From: an uncultured virus (IMG/VR IMGVR_UViG_3300032320_001919)
Lineage: Duplodnaviria > Heunggongvirae > Uroviricota > Caudoviricetes
IMG/VR virus record: IMGVR_UViG_3300032320_001919
Length of the DNA stretch: 64,000 nucleotides
Direction: 5' to 3' (one strand)
In this document: one piece after another, positions 36,769 through 43,725 of the stretch
Position numbering within the stretch: the stretch's first letter is position 1
How the letters are laid out: each line of letters starts with the position of its first letter
Position numbers and translations under genes: made by a program
Notes under the pieces: generated by a model
What the model was told of the DNA's origin: nothing
Databases searched by the model: none
What the model saw: only the letters and a program-made list of their open reading frames with translations

Positions 36769-37259
36769 TTTTTATTCTTTAAAGATTCAGAAATTTTCTT
36801 TCTTACTTCTTCACTATGCGTTCTAGTTTTTGCTTTTTCAGAAAGTTTTTTTCGAGTTTCAAAACTTAAAGTTCTTTTTCTGTTAGCTTCACTAAGTTTT
36901 TTTCGAGTTTCTTCGCTATGTTTTGAACCTAAGCGACTTATCTTATTCTTAGTTTCTTCAGTATGACGTTTTCCGAGAAAATGAGGACCACCTTCTCCAC
37001 CGACTCCTGCATTATACGTATCTGATCTAGCAACAAATTCTTCTGTAATTATTTCACGTTCTTTATTATTCATTTCTTGTTCAGAACTAAGAACATACAG
37101 TATTTCTTTTTCGAACTTGTTTTTACCATATTTCTTAATGGCTACCTTGAGTAGTTTACCTGAACCAAAATAGTTATCATCTAGTTTTTCTGTTTGGTGC
37201 TTTCCAATATAGAACTTACCATTGACAGTATTCGTTATCTTATAAATCGTGTAGAACAT
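36750..37259 (-). CDS. GIY-YIG homing endonuclease with NUMOD3 repeats
   Basis: TIYKITN..KFYIGKH..YFGSG; four H(S/T)EETxxK(I/L)S-type repeats. Confidence 0.85.
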   Translation of the reverse strand: MFYTIYKITNTVNGKFYIGKHQTEKLDDNYFGSGKLLKVAIKKYGKNKFEKEILYVLSSEQEMNNKEREIITEEFVARSDTYNAGVGGEGGPHFLGKRHTEETKNKISRLGSKHSEETRKKLSEANRKRTLSFETRKKLSEKAKTRTHSEEVRKKISESLKNKKAGRTN

Positions 37260-37300
37260 GCTTTTCTCCTCATGTTCTATTTAGTCATCTGACAAATTCA

Positions 37301-37334
37301 GAGACTAACGAGCTGACCGCTGCTCCACCCCGCA
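37301..37334 (-). pseudogene. orphan 5' half of an initiator tRNA-Met
   Basis: TGCGGGGTGGAGCAGCGGTCAGCTCGTTAGTCTC matches the fMet 5' half up to the anticodon loop, then breaks. Confidence 0.75.
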
Positions 37335-37361
37335 ACATTATTTTTGTAATATACTATGTGT

Positions 37362-37958
37362 TTAGATATTAATCAAGTCTTTTGTTGTCTTAGTAAAGAA
37401 CCAACAAGTAGAAGGCGTGACACCAACCTTCTCATGAGAACAATGATCCTTGACCGCTTTGACAATTCCAGGATATGGATCGGCGAAGTCATGACCAGCA
37501 AACAATCCACCAACCTTAACCTTTGGATGCCAAGCTAGGAGATCCTTACGGAAGGACTCGTAGTCGTGAGAGGCATCGATAAACACAAAGTCAAGAGACT
37601 CATCTTCATACAGAGCAGCAGACTCGGCGCTGTCACCCTTGATGCCCTTGACCATTCCTGGACGTTCCTGCTCAACAGGCTTCATGTTGTTTGTGAAGAC
37701 CTCAAACAAACGACCAGCCTGATTGTCGCGATCGTACATCTGTCCAGGTTCAATAGGCGAACCAGTGAAGTTGTCAATACAATCGAGCGTGATTTCCTTA
37801 CCGCTATTGATAATCTCAACAGCAAGGAACGAAGAACTTTGACCCTTCCAAGGACCGATTTCTACAAACTTGCCCTTATCTGGTGCTTGCTGAACAGCAT
37901 GTGCATACATGTCTGCGAAGTTAAACCAGCCTTCAACCTTTTGAAAATAATGTTCCAT
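37362..37958 (-). CDS. class I SAM-dependent methyltransferase (Methyltransf_24-like)
   Basis: VEIG.WKG.S, GDS, DFVFIDASH.YE...D...W...K.GG...GHD. Confidence 0.85.
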   Translation of the reverse strand: MEHYFQKVEGWFNFADMYAHAVQQAPDKGKFVEIGPWKGQSSSFLAVEIINSGKEITLDCIDNFTGSPIEPGQMYDRDNQAGRLFEVFTNNMKPVEQERPGMVKGIKGDSAESAALYEDESLDFVFIDASHDYESFRKDLLAWHPKVKVGGLFAGHDFADPYPGIVKAVKDHCSHEKVGVTPSTCWFFTKTTKDLINI

Positions 37959-37969
37959 AGTTCCTCCAA

Positions 37970-38641
37970 TTAATCAGTATCAATAACAAGATCGCCAGAA
38001 AGCGAGACTCTATAACCATCAGAAGTATAGAATGGGTTTACAGAGTGACCGAGCTTGGCTGGGAACAAACAAATAATTCCTTCATACTCATTATCAACTG
38101 GGAACGGGAAGCTACGGGTTTGTCCGAGAATGTCAGTGTAATAGGCTACAAAATTACCAGCTATAGGCAGCGTAGACTCTGGATACAGAGCTCGCTCGTC
38201 GGCAGCGTGATAAGGAACCTTCGCCCAAAGAGCAAACGAATAGACACCACCATGGATATGGTGCGGATGGAATTCATTCTTTGCCTGGAAATTTACCCAG
38301 ATATCCTTGAACTTAAACTTAGTAACCTTTGAGGCAACTTCTGTTACGTTACGAATATGATGCGGCTGGGACATCTGATCATGAGCCTGTGCTAGACCAA
38401 CAATATACTCAAGCATTACAGGAATCAGTTCTTCACTAAGGTCAAACTCCTTGGCGATGTTCGCTGTCAGCTTATAGTTTGCCTTCTTACCTTCCTTAAA
38501 GTCTGTGTCCATAAGCTTTTGGACAACCTTGTTAACAGGGTCCATAATTTCCTTTGGAACTCTTTGAAATAAGACACCTGAGTTTGGGAAAGTGAAGAAT
38601 AAGCCTTGGCCTTCTTCGAGCCTAGTAACTTGATCTGCCAT
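37970..38641 (-). CDS. 2OG-Fe(II) oxygenase-like protein
   Basis: WVNFQ...F.P.H.H, FPA.L.H.V.PF, R.S.SG; GAGG SD before MADQ. Confidence 0.8.
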   Translation of the reverse strand: MADQVTRLEEGQGLFFTFPNSGVLFQRVPKEIMDPVNKVVQKLMDTDFKEGKKANYKLTANIAKEFDLSEELIPVMLEYIVGLAQAHDQMSQPHHIRNVTEVASKVTKFKFKDIWVNFQAKNEFHPHHIHGGVYSFALWAKVPYHAADERALYPESTLPIAGNFVAYYTDILGQTRSFPFPVDNEYEGIICLFPAKLGHSVNPFYTSDGYRVSLSGDLVIDTD

Positions 38642-38705
38642 AATAATACCTCTCATTTAAACATAAAGTAAACCACTTGTCTACACAAGTATTTAGTAGT
38701 GGAAT

Positions 38706-38793
38706 TGGCGGAAGGAGTAGGATTCGAACCCACGGAACCGTTAAGTCCTTCGGTTTTCAAGACCGATGCGATAGACCACTCTGCCATCCTTCC
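38706..38793 (-). tRNA. trnS: tRNA-Ser(TGA)
   Basis: TCGGT-CTTGAAA-ACCGA, long V-arm, GCCA. Confidence 0.9.
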
Positions 38794-38958
38794 AAATTTC
38801 GTTGCTGGTTACTGCCATCCAGCTTCTCCCTTTTCGCGGAGTAGGTTATTAGGTAAAAACGTTGTCGCTAGGAGACATCACTCGCTCCACAGAGTATACC
38901 CAACTTTCTGCCGACAAAAACACAAGTTGGAGACGCACAGGAACCTATCCCTGTGAAT

Positions 38959-39035
38959 TGGCTGCTCGAGTAGGGATCGAACCTACGACATCCTGATTAA
39001 CAGTCAGGCGCAACTACCAGCTGTGCTACCGAGCA
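38959..39035 (-). tRNA. trnN: tRNA-Asn(GTT)
   Basis: CCTGA-CTGTTAA-TCAGG, GCCA. Confidence 0.9.
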
Positions 39036-39129
39036 ATAATTTCGATGCGATTTCTTATAGTGGTTACGCCCTCCACTCTTCGTAGTATAGCTAGTATACC
39101 TGGATCTATTTATAAAGTCAAGCATTAAT

Positions 39130-39205
39130 TGGCTCGGGAGGCTGGGATCGAACCAACAACCTTGTGATTCAGAGTCACCTGCGCTACCAATTGCGCCACT
39201 CCCGA
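39130..39205 (-). tRNA. trnQ: tRNA-Gln(CTG)
   Basis: GTGA-CTCTGAA-TCAC, U1-A72, GCCA. Confidence 0.85.
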
Positions 39206-39211
39206 ATAAAT

Positions 39212-39285
39212 TGGTCCCTGATGGTAGGATCGAACTACCTTATCCTGCTCCACAAACAGGCGTTCTACCATTGAACTAAACAGGG
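39212..39285 (-). tRNA. trnH: tRNA-His(GTG), A73 and no G-1
   Basis: CCTGT-TTGTGGA-GCAGG; ends GGG-A-CCA and the base before position 1 is T. Confidence 0.85.
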
Positions 39286-39889
39286 ATTTTTCTTCCTTTA
39301 TACCAACCATCTGGTATAAGATTAGTATCTTTTTTTATTTTTTTATTTTCTTTTCCGTTAGTAATCCAACAAGTTCCATATTGGGAATTGTATATTCCGC
39401 TCGCTTTGTTTTTTCTAGCATCTTTTATCTTTTGTTTAGTTTCTTCGGTATGTTTTTTTCCTAAAAAGGTTTTTCTATCGTGTGTAATTTTGCCTTCTTT
39501 ATGAGATCTTTTCATAGTTTCCGAAGAATGCGATGTGGCCTTTTTAATAGTTTCTGACGATCTTGTTTTTGTAAATTTTTAATACGAACTTCAGTTAAAT
39601 TTAATTTAGAATTAATATAGCCGAATCCACCCTTACCACCATCACAAAGATTATAGTTTAGTTCCGGATCAGGCACTACTAAAATTTTTTCTAAAGTATT
39701 CATATGTTTTTCAGATTCGCAAACGAACAGTATTTCTTTATGGAAGTTTTCTATTCCATATTTTTTTATGGCAAATTTTAAACGTTTGCCTGAACCAAGA
39801 TAATTATCTTTTATGTTTTTGGTTTGATGTTTACCAATATAAAATTTGCCATTAACAACATTTGTAGTTTTATAGATTGTATAGAACAT
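39276..39889 (-). pseudogene. GIY-YIG homing endonuclease split into two frames (39512-39889 and 39276-39515)
   Basis: GIY-YIG domain in the first ORF; NUMOD3 and WITNG...GWYKGR tail in the -1 frame. Confidence 0.7.
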
Positions 39890-39950
39890 TTAGGAAGCCT
39901 CAGAACACAATAGGGTTTACAAATTATTTAGTGTTCTGAGGTCTTCAATG

Positions 39951-40022
39951 TAGCGCATAAGGGAATTGAACCCTTCTCCCCGGATTGAAAGCCCAGTATT
40001 CTGACCACTAAACTAATGCGCC
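39951..40022 (-). tRNA. trnE: tRNA-Glu(TTC), no encoded CCA
   Basis: CTGGG-CTTTCAA-TCCGG, TTCAATT; followed by CAT instead of CCA. Confidence 0.8.
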
Positions 40023-40075
40023 ATTAAAATTGTCCTCATTGTTGCGCTTCAGTGAGAGGCGTTAGAGGAACTAAT

Positions 40076-40158
40076 TGGAGGACTGGGTGGGACTCGAACC
40101 CACGATGTTGTATAGCAGATTAAAAGTCTGCGCCGTTCGCCACTACGGTAACCAGTCC
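40076..40158 (-). tRNA. trnK: tRNA-Lys(TTT) with extended variable region, U73
   Basis: GCAGA-CTTTTAA-TCTGC, 11-nt V region, TCCA. Confidence 0.8.
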
Positions 40159-40276
40159 GTATACTTTGTAGTGCGGCTACTTCTATAGACTATAAGCTAT
40201 TACAACAACAATTCAACAGGATCCGCTTGGTTTTCTATCATGCAAGAAAGTTAATTGCTGCAAGGATCCTTAAACT

Positions 40277-40350
40277 TGGCTGGAAGACTAGGAATCGAAC
40301 CTAGATTCGTGGTTTCAAAGACCACTGTCCTACCGTTAGACGATCTTCCA
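40277..40350 (-). tRNA. trnQ: tRNA-Gln(TTG)
   Basis: GTGGT-CTTTGAA-ACCAC, U1-A72, GCCA. Confidence 0.9.
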
Positions 40351-40354
40351 ATAT

Positions 40355-40429
40355 TGGTTGGCACAGAAGGTAACGATCCTTCCACCCCTGTCTTATCAGG
40401 ACAGTGCTCTACCTCTGAGCTATGCGCCA
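40355..40429 (-). tRNA. trnI: tRNA-Ile(GAT)
   Basis: CTGTC-CTGATAA-GACAG; T-loop ATCGTTA; ACCA. Confidence 0.85.
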
Positions 40430-40554
40430 ATGATTCGTTACACCTTACAGGTTTAGCCCTTTCGCGAACAGAGTCAGCAATCCTGTATTCGTAAGCTTTC
40501 CCTCATGTTGGGCTTACTAGGTCTCCCCTGTCTTATCTAGAACGCTGGATAATT

Positions 40555-40637
40555 TGGTGGGCAGGTGTGGTTACGCTCCACTCCCGTATGGATGGGTTTT
40601 ACAGACCCACTGCCGAAACTATCGACTTTACCTACCC
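40555..40637 (-). tRNA. trnY: tRNA-Tyr(GTA)
   Basis: TGGGT-CTGTAAA-ACCCA, V-arm, T-loop AGCGTAA, ACCA. Confidence 0.75.
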
Positions 40638-40794
40638 TTAAATTGCTGCACCTCACGCTTCGGTGCGAATGTTGTCTGGTATTGCGACCACTTTCTCGAA
40701 GGTAACCAGATCAAACTTGATGTCAGCCTCACAGTTATTCGGCTGGCTGTCTGACATTCATGACGCGCATCACTGCTACGTAGTCAGATCAAAT

Positions 40795-40868
40795 TGGTGC
40801 CGCATGAGAGAATCGAACTCCCATCAGAGGATTACAAAGCCCCTGTACTGCCATTGTACTAATGCGGC
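40795..40868 (-). tRNA. trnT: tRNA-Thr(TGT)
   Basis: loop TTTGTAA, GCCGCAT acceptor, ACCA. Confidence 0.8.
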
Positions 40869-40873
40869 ATTAA

Positions 40874-40948
40874 TGGTGGACCTGTGGAGAATCGAACTCC
40901 ATTCATCCCGGTGCAAGCGGGATATAATACCCATTATACTACAAGCCC
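40874..40948 (-). tRNA. trnA: tRNA-Ala(TGC)
   Basis: TCCCG-CTTGCAC-CGGGA, G3:U70, ACCA. Confidence 0.9.
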
Positions 40949-40955
40949 AATAATT

Positions 40956-41030
40956 TGGCGAAGGTCCTAGGAATCGAACCTAGTTCTCAAGGTTTTGGAG
41001 ACCTGCGGATTGCCATCTTCCTCGACCAAC
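40956..41030 (-). tRNA. trnW: tRNA-Trp(CCA)
   Basis: AGGT-CTCCAAA-ACCT, G73; two U:U mismatches in the acceptor. Confidence 0.75.
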
Positions 41031-41039
41031 GCAATTAAA

Positions 41040-41116
41040 TGGTCGGAGATGTAGGAATCGAACCTACGACCCTCTGCTCCCAAAGCAGATGCGCTACCAG
41101 GCTGCGCTAATCTCCG
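41040..41116 (-). tRNA. trnP: tRNA-Pro(TGG)
   Basis: TCTGC-TTTGGGA-GCAGA, CGG start, ACCA. Confidence 0.92.
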
Positions 41117-41124
41117 TTATAAAT

Positions 41125-41209
41125 TGGAGGACCAGGTGGGACTCGAACCCACGGTGCGTTTCCGCGACAGATTAAGAGTCTGCTACCATAGCCACTAGGT
41201 GACTGGTCC
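41125..41209 (-). tRNA. trnK: tRNA-Lys(CTT) with long variable arm, U73
   Basis: GCAGA-CTCTTAA-TCTGT, V-arm GCG-GAAA-CGC, TCCA. Confidence 0.8.
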
Positions 41210-41212
41210 AAT

Positions 41213-41333
41213 GTTATCACTTCAGAAACCCACCAACGGATTCGAACCGTCCATCTTGAACGCCACAAGGCGCGACTGTGTCCAGCACAAAGGCAGTAGC
41301 TACAATGCCTCGGTGGGTTTCTGAAGAGATAAC
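41213..41333 (-). ncRNA. tRNA-like structured RNA with a long terminal stem
   Basis: 14-bp perfect stem TTCAGAAACCCACC/GGTGGGTTTCTGAA enclosing three hairpins and an ACGG-TTCGAAT-CCGT T-arm. Confidence 0.6.
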
Positions 41334-41388
41334 TTTCGTTATCTCAGATCAACAATTTCAATCAGCAGCTTTATCATTCACTTTACAC

Positions 41389-41417
41389 ACTATACTTTAG
41401 ACAGTATTTAAAGTCAA
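41389..41417 (-). promoter_or_regulatory. sigma70-like promoter heading the tRNA array
   Basis: TTGACT-17 nt-TATAGT on the - strand. Confidence 0.7.
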
Positions 41418-41421
41418 CAAT

Positions 41422-41450
41422 AAAAAAGGCGGGAGTTTCGTCCCGCCTTT
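41422..41450 (-). terminator. rho-independent terminator
   Basis: AAAGGCGGGA/TCCCGCCTTT stem with a T-run on the - strand. Confidence 0.8.
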
Positions 41451-41470
41451 AAGAACCTATTTAAGATTCT

Positions 41471-41752
41471 TTATTCGACGAGACCTGCGGCAAGAGCCTT
41501 ATATCCTGCAGCAATTAGTTTACGTGATGGTGTACCAAAGCGATACTTTTGGGTCACGCGACCCTTTGAATCTGTATGTTGATTCAAGTAAATCGGGTAG
41601 CCTTCCATACGGAGAGTATAGACAGTATTATAAGGATTGGCTACATTATAGCGAGCAGAGATCTGCTTGGCTGTGAGTTCCTCACCCTTTAGAACAAGGG
41701 CTTCGTAAACTCGATCAGTAGCTGTAGAAGTCATATTCATTCGTTTCTCCAT
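41471..41752 (-). CDS. winged-HTH-like DNA-binding protein
   Basis: LTAKQI..R..V.NP...V..LR.EGYPIY.N...KYR.G.PSR motif. Confidence 0.7.
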   Translation of the reverse strand: MEKRMNMTSTATDRVYEALVLKGEELTAKQISARYNVANPYNTVYTLRMEGYPIYLNQHTDSKGRVTQKYRFGTPSRKLIAAGYKALAAGLVE

Positions 41753-41806
41753 TTCAACATTATTTAGTCATTATAAACCAAAGACGAATTAAAATCAAGC
41801 TCTTTT

Positions 41807-42091
41807 TTAGAGCATATCAATTAATCGTCCTTCACTATTCACAGCACGCACCCGCTTTCCAGGATATTGAGAAGCAAGCTGTTCCATCGCAGCGACAATC
41901 ATCGCTGGGATATTGCGTGTAACATGACCAGTTCGCCAGTTACCAGTATCATCCTGGAGCTGGATTTCGATATTACCGAAATCAGTTGTCCCGATCGATG
42001 CTGAAGCATTGGTCGAGTAGTGCGTTGAGCTCAGCTCGATTCGAGCAAGCCAACTTAACAGTTTTCCAATCGTCGTTAGCATTTCTACCAC
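41807..42091 (-). CDS. hypothetical protein (start uncertain)
   Basis: the C-terminal 55 aa (IQLQDDTGNWRT...RVRAV) look coding; the 5' part overlaps the upstream ORF. Confidence 0.4.
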   Translation of the reverse strand: MVEMLTTIGKLLSWLARIELSSTHYSTNASASIGTTDFGNIEIQLQDDTGNWRTGHVTRNIPAMIVAAMEQLASQYPGKRVRAVNSEGRLIDML

Positions 42092-42179
42092 TTATCTCTA
42101 CAAGAAATCCGTTATCAATCATCTTTATGTTTATATCTTCGCCTATCTTACAAATAAAGTCAACAACTAATTTACTCAT
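41982..42179 (-). CDS. hypothetical protein
   Basis: ATGA coupling; DNGF.VE.SGR...DDW motif. Confidence 0.6.
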   Translation of the reverse strand: MSKLVVDFICKIGEDINIKMIDNGFLVEISGRNANDDWKTVKLACSNRAELNALLDQCFSIDRDN

Positions 42180-42580
42180 CCGCGCCTCGATTTTGTTCCA
42201 ACAGTTTTTATATCAGTTTCAGGAGTACAATACTGCAAGCCACCCTTATTATAGAGGGGCATAACACGAGAAGCTTTATCTAGAATCTCTTTGCGAACAT
42301 GTTCCGGCTCTTTATGAAGCCGAGTCATAATATCTTTCTTCGCGCAAGAATCTCTAGATCCAGACATCTCGACAGATTCGTACTTTCTTTCAACCTTTAT
42401 AGTCTTAGTATACTCTTCTTGCCAATTAATGTCAAGCTTTTTCTTTGCTTTCAACTGATTGGGGGAAAGTCCGCGCTTTTCCAACCATTTCTGATGTTCG
42501 ACATCAGACTTACTGGGCTTGCTCTTACGTTTCTTAGAGTTCGTAGTCGTGTAATATGCAGGAAGTAGATGCATAGTCAT
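42176..42580 (-). CDS. conserved T4-like hypothetical protein
   Basis: MHLLP..YTT and YNKGGLQY motifs; AGGAG SD. Confidence 0.7.
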   Translation of the reverse strand: MTMHLLPAYYTTTNSKKRKSKPSKSDVEHQKWLEKRGLSPNQLKAKKKLDINWQEEYTKTIKVERKYESVEMSGSRDSCAKKDIMTRLHKEPEHVRKEILDKASRVMPLYNKGGLQYCTPETDIKTVGTKSRRG

Positions 42581-42611
42581 ACATTTAATCTCCTATCGTA
42601 GGAGTAGTATA

Positions 42612-42812
42612 CTATGGTTCAGAATTATTGTCAAGCAGATCTTTTATAGCTTCTTCTAGAGCAGTTTTTTGCAACCCGTATATCGGGTTTAAATTTTTAA
42701 TGACGTAAGTGTGGTTACAAAGATCGGTTTCTTTATTGATCTTATATCGAATATCGATAACCTTTTGTAAGGATAAAACGAATTCGTTAATCTTCTCTTG
42801 CTTCGACTTCAT
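42612..42812 (-). CDS. hypothetical protein
   Basis: short ORF in the tightly packed - strand operon. Confidence 0.5.
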   Translation of the reverse strand: MKSKQEKINEFVLSLQKVIDIRYKINKETDLCNHTYVIKNLNPIYGLQKTALEEAIKDLLDNNSEP

Positions 42813-43143
42813 CGTCTTTTCCATCATCAACGATTATGTATTTGGCATCTTTGTCAAAGACGGCATATGCTTCTAACAATTTTCTAACTTTATGAAGTCT
42901 AGAAATAGACTTGTTTAATGTTTCTTGAACAATTGGATCGTTCTCTCCACCATACAAATCCATTAAAGCAGCATCAATATTAGAGTCCACTGAGTAGTCT
43001 ATATGATACTTGATAATGTCTCCATCAGGAGTAACTTCTTCTCGAAGTTCTAGAGGGGGAAATAATATTTCTTTAATTTCTTCTAACTTTTGTTCTGCAG
43101 TAGTCTGTGGTTTCTTTTCAACTTTCCATGGCATTTTCATCAT
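42787..43143 (-). CDS. hypothetical protein
   Basis: ORF coupled to the upstream stop. Confidence 0.6.
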   Translation of the reverse strand: MMKMPWKVEKKPQTTAEQKLEEIKEILFPPLELREEVTPDGDIIKYHIDYSVDSNIDAALMDLYGGENDPIVQETLNKSISRLHKVRKLLEAYAVFDKDAKYIIVDDGKDDEVEARED

Positions 43144-43325
43144 ATACGATTTTCTTTCACACTTTTCCAACAATTACAATTTAAACACGTTTCTGTGGCA
43201 CTATTAGATAGACACTTTTTCCTCTCAAAGAAATCAACTAAAGCCATTTCAACCAAACGATTTTGTTGGAGTTTGCGTTTCAACTCTTCAATGTCTCTAG
43301 CTATTTCTTTGCAAGTTTTAGTCAT
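43140..43325 (-). CDS. small Cys-rich hypothetical protein
   Basis: 61 aa with a CLNCNCW motif; overlaps the regA end. Confidence 0.5.
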   Translation of the reverse strand: MTKTCKEIARDIEELKRKLQQNRLVEMALVDFFERKKCLSNSATETCLNCNCWKSVKENRI

Positions 43326-43725
43326 TACGTTTCTTTCGTCCCATGTTGTATTTTGCTTCTAGAATCCAATCAGACTTATCTTTGTGACTGATAATCTTAA
43401 TTTGACTTATAGAGGCTAATGGATCTTTAATATTTTCGGAATCGACTACTTTAAGTAAACCCCAATCCTGTAACAACTCAATAATTTTATTTCTTCGACC
43501 CTTGTCTTCATCGGAGAAATTAGAGGGTTTACCATCAATTATAAACATCTCTTTGAAGTGTACGATATAATACTTTCCTTGTTTATGGAAAATATGACAA
43601 GACTGATATAACTTATTTTCTTTTCTAGAAGCTACACCGATGCGAGTTAAGGTTTCTTTAATCTTTAGAAAATCTTCTTCTTCGCCTATCTTCACCTCAA
43701 TTAATTTTTCAAGTAATTCATTCAT
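43318..43725 (-). CDS. regA: RegA translational repressor
   Basis: DFLKIKETLTRIGVAS...LYQSCHI.HKQGKYYIVHFKE. Confidence 0.95.
   Translation of the reverse strand: MNELLEKLIEVKIGEEEDFLKIKETLTRIGVASRKENKLYQSCHIFHKQGKYYIVHFKEMFIIDGKPSNFSDEDKGRRNKIIELLQDWGLLKVVDSENIKDPLASISQIKIISHKDKSDWILEAKYNMGRKKRND

Noticed and set aside
36820..36970. Repeated TTTTTTCGAGTTTC units as a possible CRISPR or DNA repeat
   Set aside because: They encode NUMOD3 ETRKKLSE protein repeats; no spacer structure
36750..37300. Group I intron in tRNA-Met
   Set aside because: Only about 40 non-coding nt flank the ORF; there is no room for P3-P9 core elements
39040..39120. Possible degenerate tRNA between tRNA-Gln and tRNA-Asn
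   Set aside because: Only a GTGG/CCAC hairpin and a late promoter motif; no acceptor stem or anticodon arm
34827..41000. + strand ORFs across the tRNA array (e.g. 35377-35598, 35679-35906, 38699-38956, 40255-40494, 40663-40953)
   Set aside because: Antisense read-through of - strand tRNA genes; no SD and no protein-like features
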